Assembly (NCBI GenBank): GCA_963769935.1
Contig: CAVYNY010000030.1
Span: 32,001-96,000 of the forward strand
Length of the DNA stretch: 64,000 bases
Source of the DNA: an uncultured delta proteobacterium
Lineage (GTDB): Bacteria > Desulfobacterota > Desulfobacteria > Desulfobacterales > JAFDCJ01
Reading direction: 5' to 3'
In this document: piece by piece, positions 32,684-43,717 of the stretch
How the letters are laid out: the number at the start of each line of letters is the position of its first letter
Numbering within the stretch: the stretch's first letter is position 1
Made by a program: the position numbers and the translations under genes
The notes under the pieces: generated by a model
Database searches by the model: none
What the model was told of the DNA's origin: nothing
The model's input: only the letters and a program-made list of their open reading frames with translations

Positions 32684-33440
32684 GGTCTTCGCTTCCCAAA
32701 TACGCTTCAATAACCCGGGAGTTTTGTCTGGCTTCAGAAGGTGTGCCGGAAAATATAAGGCTTCCGGAGTCCATTACGAAAACCTTTTCGCAAATTTCCG
32801 CCACCAGCGGCATGTTATGTTCGATCATAAAAACCTGGATTCCTCTGCGGACGAGTTCCCTGATGACCTCCACCAGCTGCCGGATCAGAGTCGGATTGAT
32901 CCCGGCCGTAGGCTCATCAAGCAGGATCATTTTGGGTTCGGCCATGAGCACCCTGCCCAGCTCAAGGAGCTTCTGCTGGCCAAAGCTCAACCGACCGGCG
33001 AGTCGTTGGTCGAGGTGGTTAAGCTTTAAAAGCTCCAGGATTTGCAAAGCCCTTTCTCTATTCCGGCGCTCCTGCAAATTCACCCGGCGCGGTTGGAAAA
33101 AAACAGAAGCGATGTGTTCGCCGGTCTGCCCGGGGGATGCCGCCATCAAATTCTCCAGCGCGGATAAAAAAGGTAGAACTCGGGTTTGCTGGAATGTACG
33201 GACCAGCCCTCGTCGGCTGATGACATACGGAGCCAGCCCACTGATCCGCTTGTTGTTAAAATGGATTTTTCCCCTGTCCAGCTTGTAAAAACCTGTGATC
33301 AGATGAAACAGGGTTGTCTTCCCGCTGCCGTTGGGACCTACCAATCCCGTAATGCCTGTATCATCGAGCTGAAAGGTAACAGCCATGGACTGCCGTCAGG
33401 CCGCCGAAACTTTTTGTGGCTTCGTCTATCTTTGAAGCAT
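32673..33440 (-). pseudogene. livG: LivG-like ABC ATPase, indels in first 20 codons
   Basis: ATG at 33440; TKSFGGLTAVHG is out of frame with GPNGSGKTT, RTFQ, LSFGQQK, DEPTAG. Confidence 0.8.
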
Positions 33441-33443
33441 CGT

Positions 33444-34316
33444 TTACGCCTTATATTCGGGTAAAAGTCCTTCCGGCCGCTTGAGCATGAGTAGGATGAG
33501 ACTGCGCCATATACCATCCCCTGAATCGGGGCCACAAATCGAGCAAAATCTGCGGGGATCGGAAGAAACCGGAGAATTTCCTGAAAGAAAACGACGACAA
33601 ATGCGCCCAGAATCGGACCCCAATGCGTCCCTCGCCCACCCAGCACCACACAAAGCAGGACCAGGATCGTCTCGGTTAAGGGTAAAGTCGGCCGGGCTGA
33701 TGTAGGAAATATAATGGGCCCAGAGGCTTCCAGCCAGTCCTGCCAGAATTGAACCGGCGGCCACGGCCCGGATTTTAAAAGACAGGGTATTTTTGCCAAG
33801 GGCCTGGGCGACATATTCATCCTCCCGGATCACCTTGAGGGCCCGCCCGAAAGGGGACCGGGTAAGGCGGCGGGCCACAAGGAAAACCAGCAGGGTCAGC
33901 AGCGTGCAAAATATCAAAAAGCGGGGAAGTCCGGCGACACCCTCACCAATCCAGGCTGGGCGGGAAATTCCGGGAAGTCCCATGGGGCCTTTTGTGAGCC
34001 ACCGTTCGTTGAGGAAAAAGAGCCTGATAATTTCACCAAAGGAAAGGGTGGCAATGCCGAAGTAATCCCCCGACAGCCGGAGCGCCGGTATTGCCAGCAG
34101 GGCACCCACCGCCCCGGAAAGGACCATGCCGCAGACCATTGCCAGGGAGACCGGATAGCCGGCAAGACTCAGCAAGGCAGACGTGTACGCGCCGATACCA
34201 AAAAAAGCCACATGCCCGAAATTGTACAGCCCCGCAAACCCGAGTTCCAGGTTCAGGGATATGGCAAAAATAGCATAAATCAAGGACACGATAAAAATAT
34301 GAAGCAAATAGTCCAT
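33444..34316 (-). pseudogene. livM: LivM-like permease with compensating +1/-1 indels (~33678, ~33500)
   Basis: GLYNFGHVAF, RLSGDY, SPFGR; true segment TETILVLLCVVLGG...GAV lies in the alternative frame. Confidence 0.8.
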
Positions 34317-34319
34317 CGA

Positions 34320-35193
34320 CTAACGGACCCCTCCCAATATTCCAAAAATTCCCCTGGGACGATAAAGAAGCATCAGAATAATCAGGGCAAAGGAGACAAA
34401 GTCCTTGTAACCCGGAGAGATAAACGCCACGCTAAAATTTTCAGCAACACCGATAACGAGGCCGCCCAACAGTGCGCCCCACACATTGCCGGCCCCGCCC
34501 AACAGGACGGCGGCAAAGGTCTTGATCAGGTTGGTCAGACCCATCATGGGCTCCAGGTTGGTGTCCACCGCCAGCAGGATCCCTCCGGCGGCTGAAAATA
34601 AAGACGCCAGGACCCATACCGCCGCACTCACCTTTTTAATGCTGATACCCATAATCTGCGCCAGGGCCATATTGTCGGCAACCGCCCGGAGGCTTTTCCC
34701 CAGCATTGTGTGTGATAGGATGACATACAGGGTTGCCAGAAATAAAATGGCGGCTGCCACCATTGTTATTTGCGCAGATGTAATGCTCAGCCCGGCGAAT
34801 TCCATGCCTCGGGTCGGCATCAACCCGTACGTCTGTAAATCCGAACCCCAGATAAGCCTGATGGAATTTCTCAGAAAGTAGGAAAGCCCGATGGAGGCAA
34901 TCAGAAGCGTAATTCGATTGCCGTGCCTCAGGGGTGCGAACACAAACCGGTCCTGGGCCAGACCGATCAGGGCGGTAATCACCAGGGCCGGCAGGGCCGC
35001 GAGATAGATGGGCAAAGAAAAGGGTGACCGGGTGAAAAAAAGGAACCAGGTAGGCCCCCCAGGCAATGAGTTCTCCGTGGGCGAAGTTTATAAACCGAAA
35101 AACCCCATACACCATGGTGAGGCCCACCGCAAAGAGGGCATAAATGGAGCCGGCGATGATGCCGTTTAAAATAAGCTGCGCATAATATTCCAT
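34320..35193 (-). pseudogene. livH: LivH-like permease, +1 indel near 35040
   Basis: GSIYAL.A.GL...NFAHGE in one frame; LGKSLRAV, LLGGAG, RPRG in another. Confidence 0.8.
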
Positions 35194-35203
35194 GACCGGA
35201 AAG

Positions 35204-36315
35204 TTATTTGTAATCGGTGATCTTGCCGTCTTTCACGGTCCAGCGGCCGTAGGCGGCACCGACATCGCCGTTTTCATCGAAGGTTTTGTCGCCCGTGGCC
35301 CCCACATACCCTTTGCTGGCTGTTATCAACACGCTGCGAATGTCGGACGAAGACATTGATTTGGCCTGTTTGAGGGCTGCAGCCGTCAGCTTGACCATAT
35401 CATAATTGTATTCGCCGAAGATCGGGGTTTTTTGGCCCGGATATTTTTTTCCCACCCATCTTTAAAGGCTTTATACTGGCTGGTTTGCTGCGAAAATGTG
35501 GGGTAGGTCCCGATGACGCCTTCGGCCGCCACTCCGGCCAACTCCACCAGCTTGGGCGATTTGGCGGCCGAACCCATGAGCCATTGGACCTCAACTTTGG
35601 ACTCATAGGCCTGTTTGAGCATGATTGCGCCTTCCTTGATGTAGGTCAGGTTGACCACCGCGCGGGGTGAGTCCTTTTTAATGCGCAAAATTTCACTGCG
35701 GTAGTCCGTTTTGCCTTCATCATAGGCAAATTCGTCAATTAATTTGCCGCCTCTTTTCAGAAAATTATCTTTAAACACCTCGGCCAGACCCACTCCCCAG
35801 TCGTTATTGATGTAAGTCAGCACGACTTCCTTATAGTTCAGAAACTCGGTCAGTTCAGCCACCCCTTTGCCCTGGAGAAGATCCGAGGGAAAAACTCTAA
35901 AGACATAGGACCCGCATTGGCTGATGGATGCGGCGGCACTTTCGGCGCCAATCAGGATGGTCTCATTTTGCTGGGCAATCGGGCAGACGGCCAGAAAGTT
36001 GGAACTGGCGGCCGGACCGAAAATAACCGGGAATTTATCGATGGTTATCAGTTTCTGAATGGCCGAAACCGAACCTTTGGAGGTGGAGTTATTATCTTCA
36101 AAGACGATTTTCATGGGGTTGCCGTTAATTCCTCCCGCGGCATTGACCTCATCCAGCGCCAGCAGCATGGCCTTCTGAAATCCCTCACCATAAACAGCCA
36201 GCTTGCCGGTGAGCGGGGTCACGGCACCTACCGTTATCTCGTCAGCGGCCGACACAGGCCATCCAAAGCATAAGAGCGAAACGGCAACGATCAACATGAC
36301 AATGATCTTTTTCAC
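35204..36315 (-). pseudogene. LivJ/K-like substrate-binding protein, -1 in an A7 run (35444-35450)
   Basis: GTG start after GGAGG; signal peptide, PLTG, NAAGGING, YVFR; C-terminal YD...GATG..TFDENGD in another frame. Confidence 0.8.
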
Positions 36316-36354
36316 GGGGGCCTCCTTTCTTTTTCACTGGGGCTTTTTTTACTG

Positions 36355-36795
36355 TTATGGCTTTTGGTTGCCTTTCTGAATAAATTTTTTCATGGTCAGC
36401 TTATTTTTGCCCTGCGTTCTTTCATAGGCAATATTATCTATCAATTTTCTGATAATGAGAATTCCAAGCCCTCCGATATTGGCGCTTTCAACATTAGCGG
36501 GAAAATCCGGATCTATTTTTTCAAGGGGATTAAAAGGTATGCCATCGTCTTCAATGTTAATAACCAGGAACTGGTTATCTGCAGCCTGGACGGTAAATTT
36601 AACGATATGCTCCAAATCGTCTTTAAAGCCGTATGAGACTATATTTGTAAACAGTTCATCCAGGCAGATATTTATCCGTAATATGGAATCGGCCTGGAGC
36701 CCGGCATCTCTTCCCCAGTGATTTAAATACCGGTTTAAGTTTTTTAGCTCGGATAGATCATTTTTTAGCTCAAATTTATATTTTTGCGCTGCCAT
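36355..36795 (-). CDS. RsbW-like anti-sigma factor / Ser kinase
   Basis: LDELFTNIVSYG, IEDDGIPFNP, GGLGI. Confidence 0.88.
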   Translation of the reverse strand: MAAQKYKFELKNDLSELKNLNRYLNHWGRDAGLQADSILRINICLDELFTNIVSYGFKDDLEHIVKFTVQAADNQFLVINIEDDGIPFNPLEKIDPDFPANVESANIGGLGILIIRKLIDNIAYERTQGKNKLTMKKFIQKGNQKP

Positions 36796-37011
36796 AAACG
36801 GCCTTTTCTGCGGTTGGTTGCTGCCTGTCAGCCACATCGGCAATGGTCGACATCTATTGGTGATACCGTTCAGTTCAAACTAAAAAGCCTTCAAAGCATC
36901 TTCCATGGTGTCAAGGACAGGTTGCCTGCTCTATACACCAAGGTCATTCCGATTAGGTCCGCCCTGCGCGGATAACACCTGTCCCTATTTTTAATCCGTT
37001 TGGACTCGTAT

Positions 37012-37389
37012 TTATTCTGAACCGTCCAGCAGTTTCTTAATGCAGGCTTTCAGATCCGCTATTTTTACCGGCTTTGGGAAAAAATCATCCACGTGTTCTC
37101 GGAACGCTTCGATGGAGGCATCCATACTTGCAAAAGCGGTAATCATTATGACATTGACTTTGGGCAATTCCTTTTTGATGATTCTCAGTACCTCCATGCC
37201 GTCAATATCCTTCATTTTCAGATCCGTAATGACGACGTCAAACTTTTCTTCCTTTAATCTTGCAAGCGCCGGTTTTGCATCCAGGAAAGTCTCCACGGCA
37301 TAACCATCCTGTTCAAAAACAGTTTTGATCATCTTGCCGACAATGTTTTCGTCATCGATCACCATGATTCTATATTGATTCATCTCCAT
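37012..37389 (-). CDS. Single-domain response regulator
   Basis: VIDDE, ITDLKM, ITAF, KP. Confidence 0.92.
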   Translation of the reverse strand: MEMNQYRIMVIDDENIVGKMIKTVFEQDGYAVETFLDAKPALARLKEEKFDVVITDLKMKDIDGMEVLRIIKKELPKVNVIMITAFASMDASIEAFREHVDDFFPKPVKIADLKACIKKLLDGSE

Positions 37390-38788
37390 CCTCCCTTCCC
37401 GTGTAAATAGGTAATTCTATAACAAAAGTTGTACCGACTCCCACCTCGCTCCTTACGTCCATCTTCCCATTATGTCTTCGTACAATACCATAACTGATAG
37501 ACAGACCCAATCCCGTACCCTCCACACCCTTGGTGCTGAAAAAGGGGTCAAAGATATAAGAAATAAACTCTTGGGGAATTCCTTTGCCGGTATCTTCGAC
37601 TTCTATGATGATATTGCCTTGATTTTTTGCAAGCTTGGTACGAATGGAAACGGTCCCTCCCGAGGGCATGGCATAAACGGCGTTGCTTAGTAAATTAACC
37701 AGTACTTCCCGGATTTTGTCCTCATCGACAAAAACCGCGGGAAGGTCTTCTTTAAGATCCAGTTGACTTTTGATTCCTGAAATATCAAGCGTATTTTGGA
37801 CCAGTTTAAGAGAATTTTTTATGACGTTATTGATATTGGCAACTTTGAAATCAGCTTTCTTGGGTCTTGAAAAGTCAAGCAGATCCTGAACAATCTTTTT
37901 GATTCTTTCGCTTTCCGCCAGCACCGTTGTCATATACTCTATCCTGTCTTCGTTGCGGAGACGATCATAGAGTTCTAAATAAGTCTGGGCCACCATCGAT
38001 ATGTTATTGAGCGGGTTGCCAAGCTCGTGGGCCACGCCGGAGGTGAGAATGCCTAAAGATGCCAGTTTCTTGGATTGGATAAGCTGCTCATGGCGAGTCT
38101 CGAGTTCTTCACACATCGTGTTGATAGCCTTCATGACGGAGCCCAGTTCATTGTCGGGTATGTTCCCTTCTATTTTCATGAAGTTTCCCGCCGATATGAC
38201 ACTGGCCGTTTTTTCTATGCGGCGAAGATTTTTGAACATTCTTGAAAAAAATAAATAGGAGCTCGTTATGGCGACAAAAATGATGACGCAGAAAAAAGCC
38301 AGTAATGTCTTTTTTGAAGCAGATAGAATTTCATTAATCGATTTTCTCTCAAGGCTGATCATATTCTCAGAAAACAGCCTCAATTTCCGCCCGGACTCCC
38401 GCACCTTCGCTTGCATATCCGCCGCCGTTTGATTATTCTTCCCTAACTTATCAATTTCTTGCTCATATTCCTTGAGATATGATGTAAATTTCTTCCAGTT
38501 TTTCTCGCCGATGGCCCTGAGTATATCCGGGCTCAGGCTTTCAACCGTACCATGGCTTTCCTTCAACTCACTTTTTATCGATGAAAGTTCAGAGGGATCT
38601 TTATAGAGAAAATAATTCTTTTCTGAAAGCCTCATCGTTAGAAAAGAGGCGTTAAGACTGTCGGCTATTTCAGCAAAACGCAACTTGGCAAGAATAAGAT
38701 CGATTTCATGATATGAAAAAGCTGCTATCAGGATGATAGAGATAATGCCAAGGGCATTACCGAGTGTGATTTTATGCACCAGCCTCAT
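37370..38788 (-). CDS. Membrane sensor histidine kinase (HAMP)
   Basis: 2 TM; GVAHELGNPL, NA, DTGKG, FFSTK, GTGLGL. Confidence 0.93.
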   Translation of the reverse strand: MRLVHKITLGNALGIISIILIAAFSYHEIDLILAKLRFAEIADSLNASFLTMRLSEKNYFLYKDPSELSSIKSELKESHGTVESLSPDILRAIGEKNWKKFTSYLKEYEQEIDKLGKNNQTAADMQAKVRESGRKLRLFSENMISLERKSINEILSASKKTLLAFFCVIIFVAITSSYLFFSRMFKNLRRIEKTASVISAGNFMKIEGNIPDNELGSVMKAINTMCEELETRHEQLIQSKKLASLGILTSGVAHELGNPLNNISMVAQTYLELYDRLRNEDRIEYMTTVLAESERIKKIVQDLLDFSRPKKADFKVANINNVIKNSLKLVQNTLDISGIKSQLDLKEDLPAVFVDEDKIREVLVNLLSNAVYAMPSGGTVSIRTKLAKNQGNIIIEVEDTGKGIPQEFISYIFDPFFSTKGVEGTGLGLSISYGIVRRHNGKMDVRSEVGVGTTFVIELPIYTGREDGDESI

Positions 38789-38798
38789 AATTGCTTCG

Positions 38799-39596
38799 CT
38801 AATACACGGGGATTACATTGACCCTGACCTCTTCTACGCCCGGCATTTCCTGCAGGATTGCGCGGATATCGTCCGCCAGGGCTTCTTCCTGGGCCAGACT
38901 GCGCTTGATGTGGACGACAACCGTATGGTCCTCGACCGAGACCTCAACATCGGAGTAAAAGTTCATCAAATCCGATTTTACCCTGGCGGCCAAACATTCG
39001 TTCGCAAGAATTCTGCGCGACTCGGCAGTCGTTTGAAAAGAAGGCAGTCTCACCGTGGCCAGAATTTTATCAACGGCATCATCGATGGACAGTCTCCCGA
39101 TGACCAGGCCAAGATCATACAAGCTCAGCTCCCAGGGGTCCTTGCCATGGAAATACATTGCCCACTTTTTGCGTTCCTTATCAAACTTCTTAATGGTTTT
39201 CAGCGCCGCTGTCTTCGAGACATTTTCCCTTTCCATGATGAGCTTCACCCGCTCCTCGGTAGTGGCGGAAATCAGGACTTTGAGGATATTCGGAATTCCT
39301 TCAAGCAGAAATTGTCCCGCCAGCCCATGATAGACCACATTATCTTTGGCGGCATATTCCAACAGGGCAGCACGGATATAAGCGACGTACTTCTTTTTGC
39401 CATAGCTGAATCGGTCACGCAGAGTAGGGGCGTTTTCAACAGCCTTCTTCAACCAATTTTCCGGAACATCGAATTCCTGGGAGGCAAGATTGATAATTTC
39501 GTCAGAAATACAATCATAATTCAGCTCGCGCGCCACGCTCTCCGCGATCTGCTTGCCATGGCTATAAGAAGCTCTGGCGACAGCAATGATAGACAT
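38799..39596 (-). CDS. Cytidylate-kinase-like family protein with BON-like C-terminus
   Basis: IAVARASYSHG, NVVYHGLAG, LKV.I.A..EERV, LYDL; LAARVK...PGVEEV. Confidence 0.8.
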   Translation of the reverse strand: MSIIAVARASYSHGKQIAESVARELNYDCISDEIINLASQEFDVPENWLKKAVENAPTLRDRFSYGKKKYVAYIRAALLEYAAKDNVVYHGLAGQFLLEGIPNILKVLISATTEERVKLIMERENVSKTAALKTIKKFDKERKKWAMYFHGKDPWELSLYDLGLVIGRLSIDDAVDKILATVRLPSFQTTAESRRILANECLAARVKSDLMNFYSDVEVSVEDHTVVVHIKRSLAQEEALADDIRAILQEMPGVEEVRVNVIPVY

Positions 39597-39694
39597 ACCA
39601 ACCTCCTGTTTATACAATTATCGGAGAAGTGAAAGACTCCAGGCGGCCCTTGCAATTCACCCAAGCCCGGAGGGCTTTCCAATGTCGATGCGAT

Positions 39695-40114
39695 CTAACC
39701 TACGGAAATCAACCCCAACACTCCGATCAGTACAATCACCCCGGCAATACACGCCAGCGAGCCGTATATCCAGTCGCGCTCCTTGAAAAGCGCCGCTGAG
39801 GATAGAAAAAGTGCCGGCACCACTGAAAAAACAGCCAGAGCAATCCCTAGGGCACACAAACCATCGCCGGTTGTCAGATGAGAAAGGTACCAGTGCCCCA
39901 TGGGCAGCGAACCCGTGGCGCCTTGCCAAATTTGAGAGACGGACTCACCCTGCCATACCGTGGACAACCAGTAAGAGACCGGCACAAAGTTGTCTCCCAA
40001 AAAAGCCAACACCGATCCGACAATTACAATGAGAGAGCCCGTTAACACGCCCCAATAAACGATCCCGCCGTATATTACTCCGGCAAGCGGCGGCTTCAGT
40101 TGGTCCTTTTGCAT
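39695..40114 (-). CDS. Small membrane protein (DUF1634-like), TauE partner
   Basis: 3 TM helices, GHWY...GDGL; directly after TauE gene. Confidence 0.6.
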   Translation of the reverse strand: MQKDQLKPPLAGVIYGGIVYWGVLTGSLIVIVGSVLAFLGDNFVPVSYWLSTVWQGESVSQIWQGATGSLPMGHWYLSHLTTGDGLCALGIALAVFSVVPALFLSSAALFKERDWIYGSLACIAGVIVLIGVLGLISVG

Positions 40115-40123
40115 AACTCGCTC

Positions 40124-41218
40124 CTACAAAATGGGTATATGTATCCCGAAGGCTCCTTCCAGTCCGCGCGCGATCAGCTTAACCGATGAAACCAGGAGGA
40201 TAATAATCAGAACTTTTCGCACAAAACCGGCCCTGATCCTGATTAAAAGGTGTGCTCCCAGGATTCCACCGACGACGTGTCCCAGCATCCATGGAGCGGC
40301 AAGAATGGAAATGAGGGCTCCATATGTTAGGTAGGTCCAGATAGCCGTCGCGTCGCTTATGGCCAGCAGGACGCCGCTGGATGCCGCCGCAACCTTGACC
40401 GGCGCCAACATGACAAGGTTCAGGGTTCCGGTGAGAAATGCACCTCCTCCCATCCCGAAGAAGCCACCGATAAAACCAAGAAGGATAAACAGAAATCCTC
40501 CCAGCAGGGCCTTTACCATCTGGTACTCGACCACCTGCCCCAGTGATTCTTCCCAATAGGAACCGCTTAGTCCCAGTTTGAGGGAAAACCGATCGATGAA
40601 TTTAGGTTCAGGATATTCGGTTTTGCCCCCGCCGGTGAATAGAAAATAAGCGATGACAAGCATCAGAATCCCAAGCGAAAGGCGAACCGCGCCGTCACCC
40701 TTGGCTCCCAAAGCGTCATGCAAGTAAATGGCGCTGACGCTGCCGGTGAGAGCTCCGATAGTGATGGGGACCGCGCAATAAAAGGTGACTCTTAAGTTGG
40801 CCAGTTTCGTCTTCATAAAGGGTCCGGATGAAATCAAACCGCCGAACATGGCCACTACCAGGCCGGTAGCCCTTACTACCAGGCTGTCTATGGAAGTAAA
40901 GCCCAGCATGATCGGCGTAAACATTACTCCGCCGCCGATGCCGGCGATGACCGCGATAATGGCTATGACCGTACTGATCAAAAAAGATCCGATGATGATC
41001 AGCCACATGGCTAACGGCGAGAGGACCTGCGTCGCGTGTACCTTTGAAAATACCGCCATCACAATGTAACCGCAGGTAATTAGAATGATAAGTATGGTCA
41101 ACTCCGGAACCTTGAGGGCGAGGGCCTGCAGTATCCCCTTCCTTTTGGTTCTCTTTCTATGCACCCCGCTGGATTCATAACTTTGTGCAACATCAGATTG
41201 CCCCTGTCTATGTTCCAT
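40124..41218 (-). CDS. TauE/SafE-family (TSUP) transporter
   Basis: GIGGGVMFTP and GMGGGAF repeats, PVKVAAAS, many TM helices. Confidence 0.88.
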   Translation of the reverse strand: MEHRQGQSDVAQSYESSGVHRKRTKRKGILQALALKVPELTILIILITCGYIVMAVFSKVHATQVLSPLAMWLIIIGSFLISTVIAIIAVIAGIGGGVMFTPIMLGFTSIDSLVVRATGLVVAMFGGLISSGPFMKTKLANLRVTFYCAVPITIGALTGSVSAIYLHDALGAKGDGAVRLSLGILMLVIAYFLFTGGGKTEYPEPKFIDRFSLKLGLSGSYWEESLGQVVEYQMVKALLGGFLFILLGFIGGFFGMGGGAFLTGTLNLVMLAPVKVAAASSGVLLAISDATAIWTYLTYGALISILAAPWMLGHVVGGILGAHLLIRIRAGFVRKVLIIILLVSSVKLIARGLEGAFGIHIPIL

Positions 41219-41412
41219 ATCACGCGACTCCCCGGTTCAGATTGGATCCCAATATATAGAAAGTGAAAAAACGGCGTTGCCGAAAAACAGGCGCACAGTC
41301 AGGCCTGTGGACAAGCAGGCGCTACGACGCCGGGAGATACGGCGAAGTCTGTCAAGCCGCCGCGGCCCTCATCATTTGTGACCTCTTTGGTCTTCTAACA
41401 CCGTAAAGGTCA

Positions 41413-42219
41413 TTAGTCCAGAGGGTTTTTCGCCTTTACACCCACCGTGATTTCCCTCACGCCCTCAATGGATTTGGCGACAACTTCGATGTCATTAACG
41501 ACGCCCCTTTCACGGGTCAACAGTGCGGCTGTATGGACTTGGACGTTGCCTTGGGAGGCAACAACATCGACGTCGGGCTCGAGATCCACAATAGCGGCTC
41601 TGACCTCGGCTGCAAGGGCCAGATCCTCCAGGTGCTGCTGTGATTCAGGGCTGGTTTTAAAACGATCCAGCGCCAGCGTTTCGCAGATGATGTGGACGGC
41701 ATCATCGGTTGTGATCTTTTTGATATGGATAAGCAGATCGTAGAGCCCGGGGTCATGGGTGTCTATTCCGTAGAGGTGGATACTCCATTTCCGGCGCTCT
41801 TCATCATCACTTTGCAGAATACGAAGCGCTTCCTTCCGGGAAATTCCCTCCCGTTGAGCTTCATTCTTAACCCGCTCATCAAGGTCGGCAATTATCCTCA
41901 CTTTAAGTACGTGAGCGACATCCTTCACAAAAAAGTGCCCCGCCAGACCGCAATAGACCACATTATCTTTGCGAAAATGCTTGAGGATTTCAGCCCGAAT
42001 GGAGGCAATATATTTCTCTTTGCGATAGCCGATTCGATCCAGAATAGACGGTGCATCATGGATCGCACGGACAAGTTTAACCTCCTCAACATTGAATTCC
42101 CTGGAAGCCTCCAGAATTACTCCCCGCGAGATACACTCGTATCCGAGCTTCTCGGCGAGTTTTTCGGCCACCTCCCTGCCTTTGCTGTAAGATCCCTGGG
42201 ATATAGTTACGATTGCCAT
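41413..42219 (-). CDS. Second cytidylate-kinase-like protein with BON-like C-terminus
   Basis: IVTISQGSYSKG, NVVYCGLAG, LKVRIIA, LYDL; LAAEVR...EGVREI. Confidence 0.8.
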   Translation of the reverse strand: MAIVTISQGSYSKGREVAEKLAEKLGYECISRGVILEASREFNVEEVKLVRAIHDAPSILDRIGYRKEKYIASIRAEILKHFRKDNVVYCGLAGHFFVKDVAHVLKVRIIADLDERVKNEAQREGISRKEALRILQSDDEERRKWSIHLYGIDTHDPGLYDLLIHIKKITTDDAVHIICETLALDRFKTSPESQQHLEDLALAAEVRAAIVDLEPDVDVVASQGNVQVHTAALLTRERGVVNDIEVVAKSIEGVREITVGVKAKNPLD

Positions 42220-42651
42220 ATCTAAAGTCCCTCCTGTAGTTAATTGCAATTTAAGCCGCCGGTTTTCATGAAACGGACTTAAACGAATTCATCCAGAATA
42301 ATTTGCAGTATAAGTCTCCCGGATAATAAATGCAACTTCATGGTTGTTAATTGTTATGAGCCCTTGGGGATGCAGCATCAGCATGCGGGGCTGTCAGATA
42401 AACCGCGATAACGAAATCAGCCTTAGACTGACAAGTAAATCTGACGATTACCGACATCCAGGGGTATCAATCAATATTATTTTTTAAAGCGGCCTGCGAT
42501 GTCCCAGGCTGACCTATGCGATTTTTTTTGGACCAGGACAAATCCACCGATGGATTGTGTGGTCGATCAAATGTTCCGACACCGCTGCCGCTGCAACACG
42601 CTTGCGAGGAGAGCTTGAAAAAAATAAGTTCAGAGAGTTTCGGGCTAACCC

Positions 42652-42828
42652 GTTCTTATCATCGAGCACGGGCGCGAGCTCCTGGCCCACGGTATGCCGC
42701 TGATGGGGACGACGGTCGAGGCCGCGCGGCGGCGTCGACCGATCCCTGTGACCTCCTTTGCCTTCATTCTCGGGGGGCTGCCGCTGGCCGTCGCCGAAGG
42801 TGCCGGCGCCGCTGGCCGGCAGGCGCTT
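42652..42828 (+). pseudogene. Remnant of RND efflux permease C-terminal TMs
   Basis: VLIIEHGREL...VEAARRRRPIPVTSFAFILGGLPLAVAEGAGA resembles AcrB-family ILIVEFA...EAARLRLRPILMTS.AF.LG.LPL. Confidence 0.7.
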
Positions 42829-43168
42829 CCCACGATGATGGCCTTCCCGCCCAGCAGGTATGAGTCCCCTGCCAGATGTCAGACAAACAATGACACAAGT
42901 ATTCTGAAAATTCCTACACGATAATCAGACGGCGGCCGATAGAAAATGGCCGAAGGCCGCCTTACCATATGCTCAAACAGGAGCTGCCGGTTCGGAAGTG
43001 CGGGGTCGTGCCGAGCGATGCGATTTCAGATCGGGCGAATCCAAGTTTGGTAGAGTCGCGCAAGGCTCTAACTTGGCGGATTCGCAGTCTAGGGCGACAT
43101 CCGTGACGCCGACGGGCGGGCGAACAACAAAATGTGTGAGAGCAATAATTATTGCAAAGGAGAAAGTC

Positions 43169-43567
43169 ATGAAAAAAGTATCTTTATTCGGAGCGGTTTG
43201 TATGTCTGTGCTCATGGCCGTATTCATGGTTGCCACCGGGGCAACGGCATCCGGCAATATGGGCAAAATGTCAGCGAAAACATATCAGGCCGAGCACGCT
43301 GCCGACATGAAGGCCCAGAAGATGGGTGAGATTTTCAGCATGGCGGGAACGGTGAAAGCGGTAGATCCTGAGTACAACACCGCAGTAGTCGAATGTCCGC
43401 TGAGTGGGCAGATGTTTACGGTGGCCGGGCCGCTCGCCCCGAAGGCCGACCTGCTGATCGGAGGCAAGACTGCTCAGCTGAAAAATTTCACCCAAGGCGA
43501 GCATGTCAATGTGAAATGGCAAGCGACCGAGAATGGACATTTGATTCTCAGGCTTGCGGCGAAATGA
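43169..43567 (+). CDS. Exported small beta-barrel protein (CusF/OB-fold-like), Met-rich N-terminus
   Basis: AAGGAG RBS; signal peptide; GTVKAVD...LKNFTQGEHVNVKW pattern. Confidence 0.6.
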   Translation: MKKVSLFGAVCMSVLMAVFMVATGATASGNMGKMSAKTYQAEHAADMKAQKMGEIFSMAGTVKAVDPEYNTAVVECPLSGQMFTVAGPLAPKADLLIGGKTAQLKNFTQGEHVNVKWQATENGHLILRLAAK

Positions 43568-43594
43568 TCGCCGAAGGACAAGCTGTTCCGGTCT

Positions 43595-43674
43595 AGGGGT
43601 CTATCCTGAAAAAAAGAGGGTAGACTCCTCAAATTTGGATCTGACAATAATGGCGCCGCGAAGCGCCATTATTT
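43595..43674. terminator. Two consecutive hairpins after the exported protein gene
   Basis: aggggtctatcct/agggtagactcct and aataatggcgc/gcgccattatt. Confidence 0.5.
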
Positions 43675-43717
43675 CAGGTTTCATCAACACCGCTGGACAC
43701 CGAAGGCAAACAGTTTA

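Noticed and set aside
38733..39632. 299-aa plus-strand ORF and many similar antisense ORFs
   Set aside because: Shadows of well-supported genes on the opposite strand, with no recognisable motifs.
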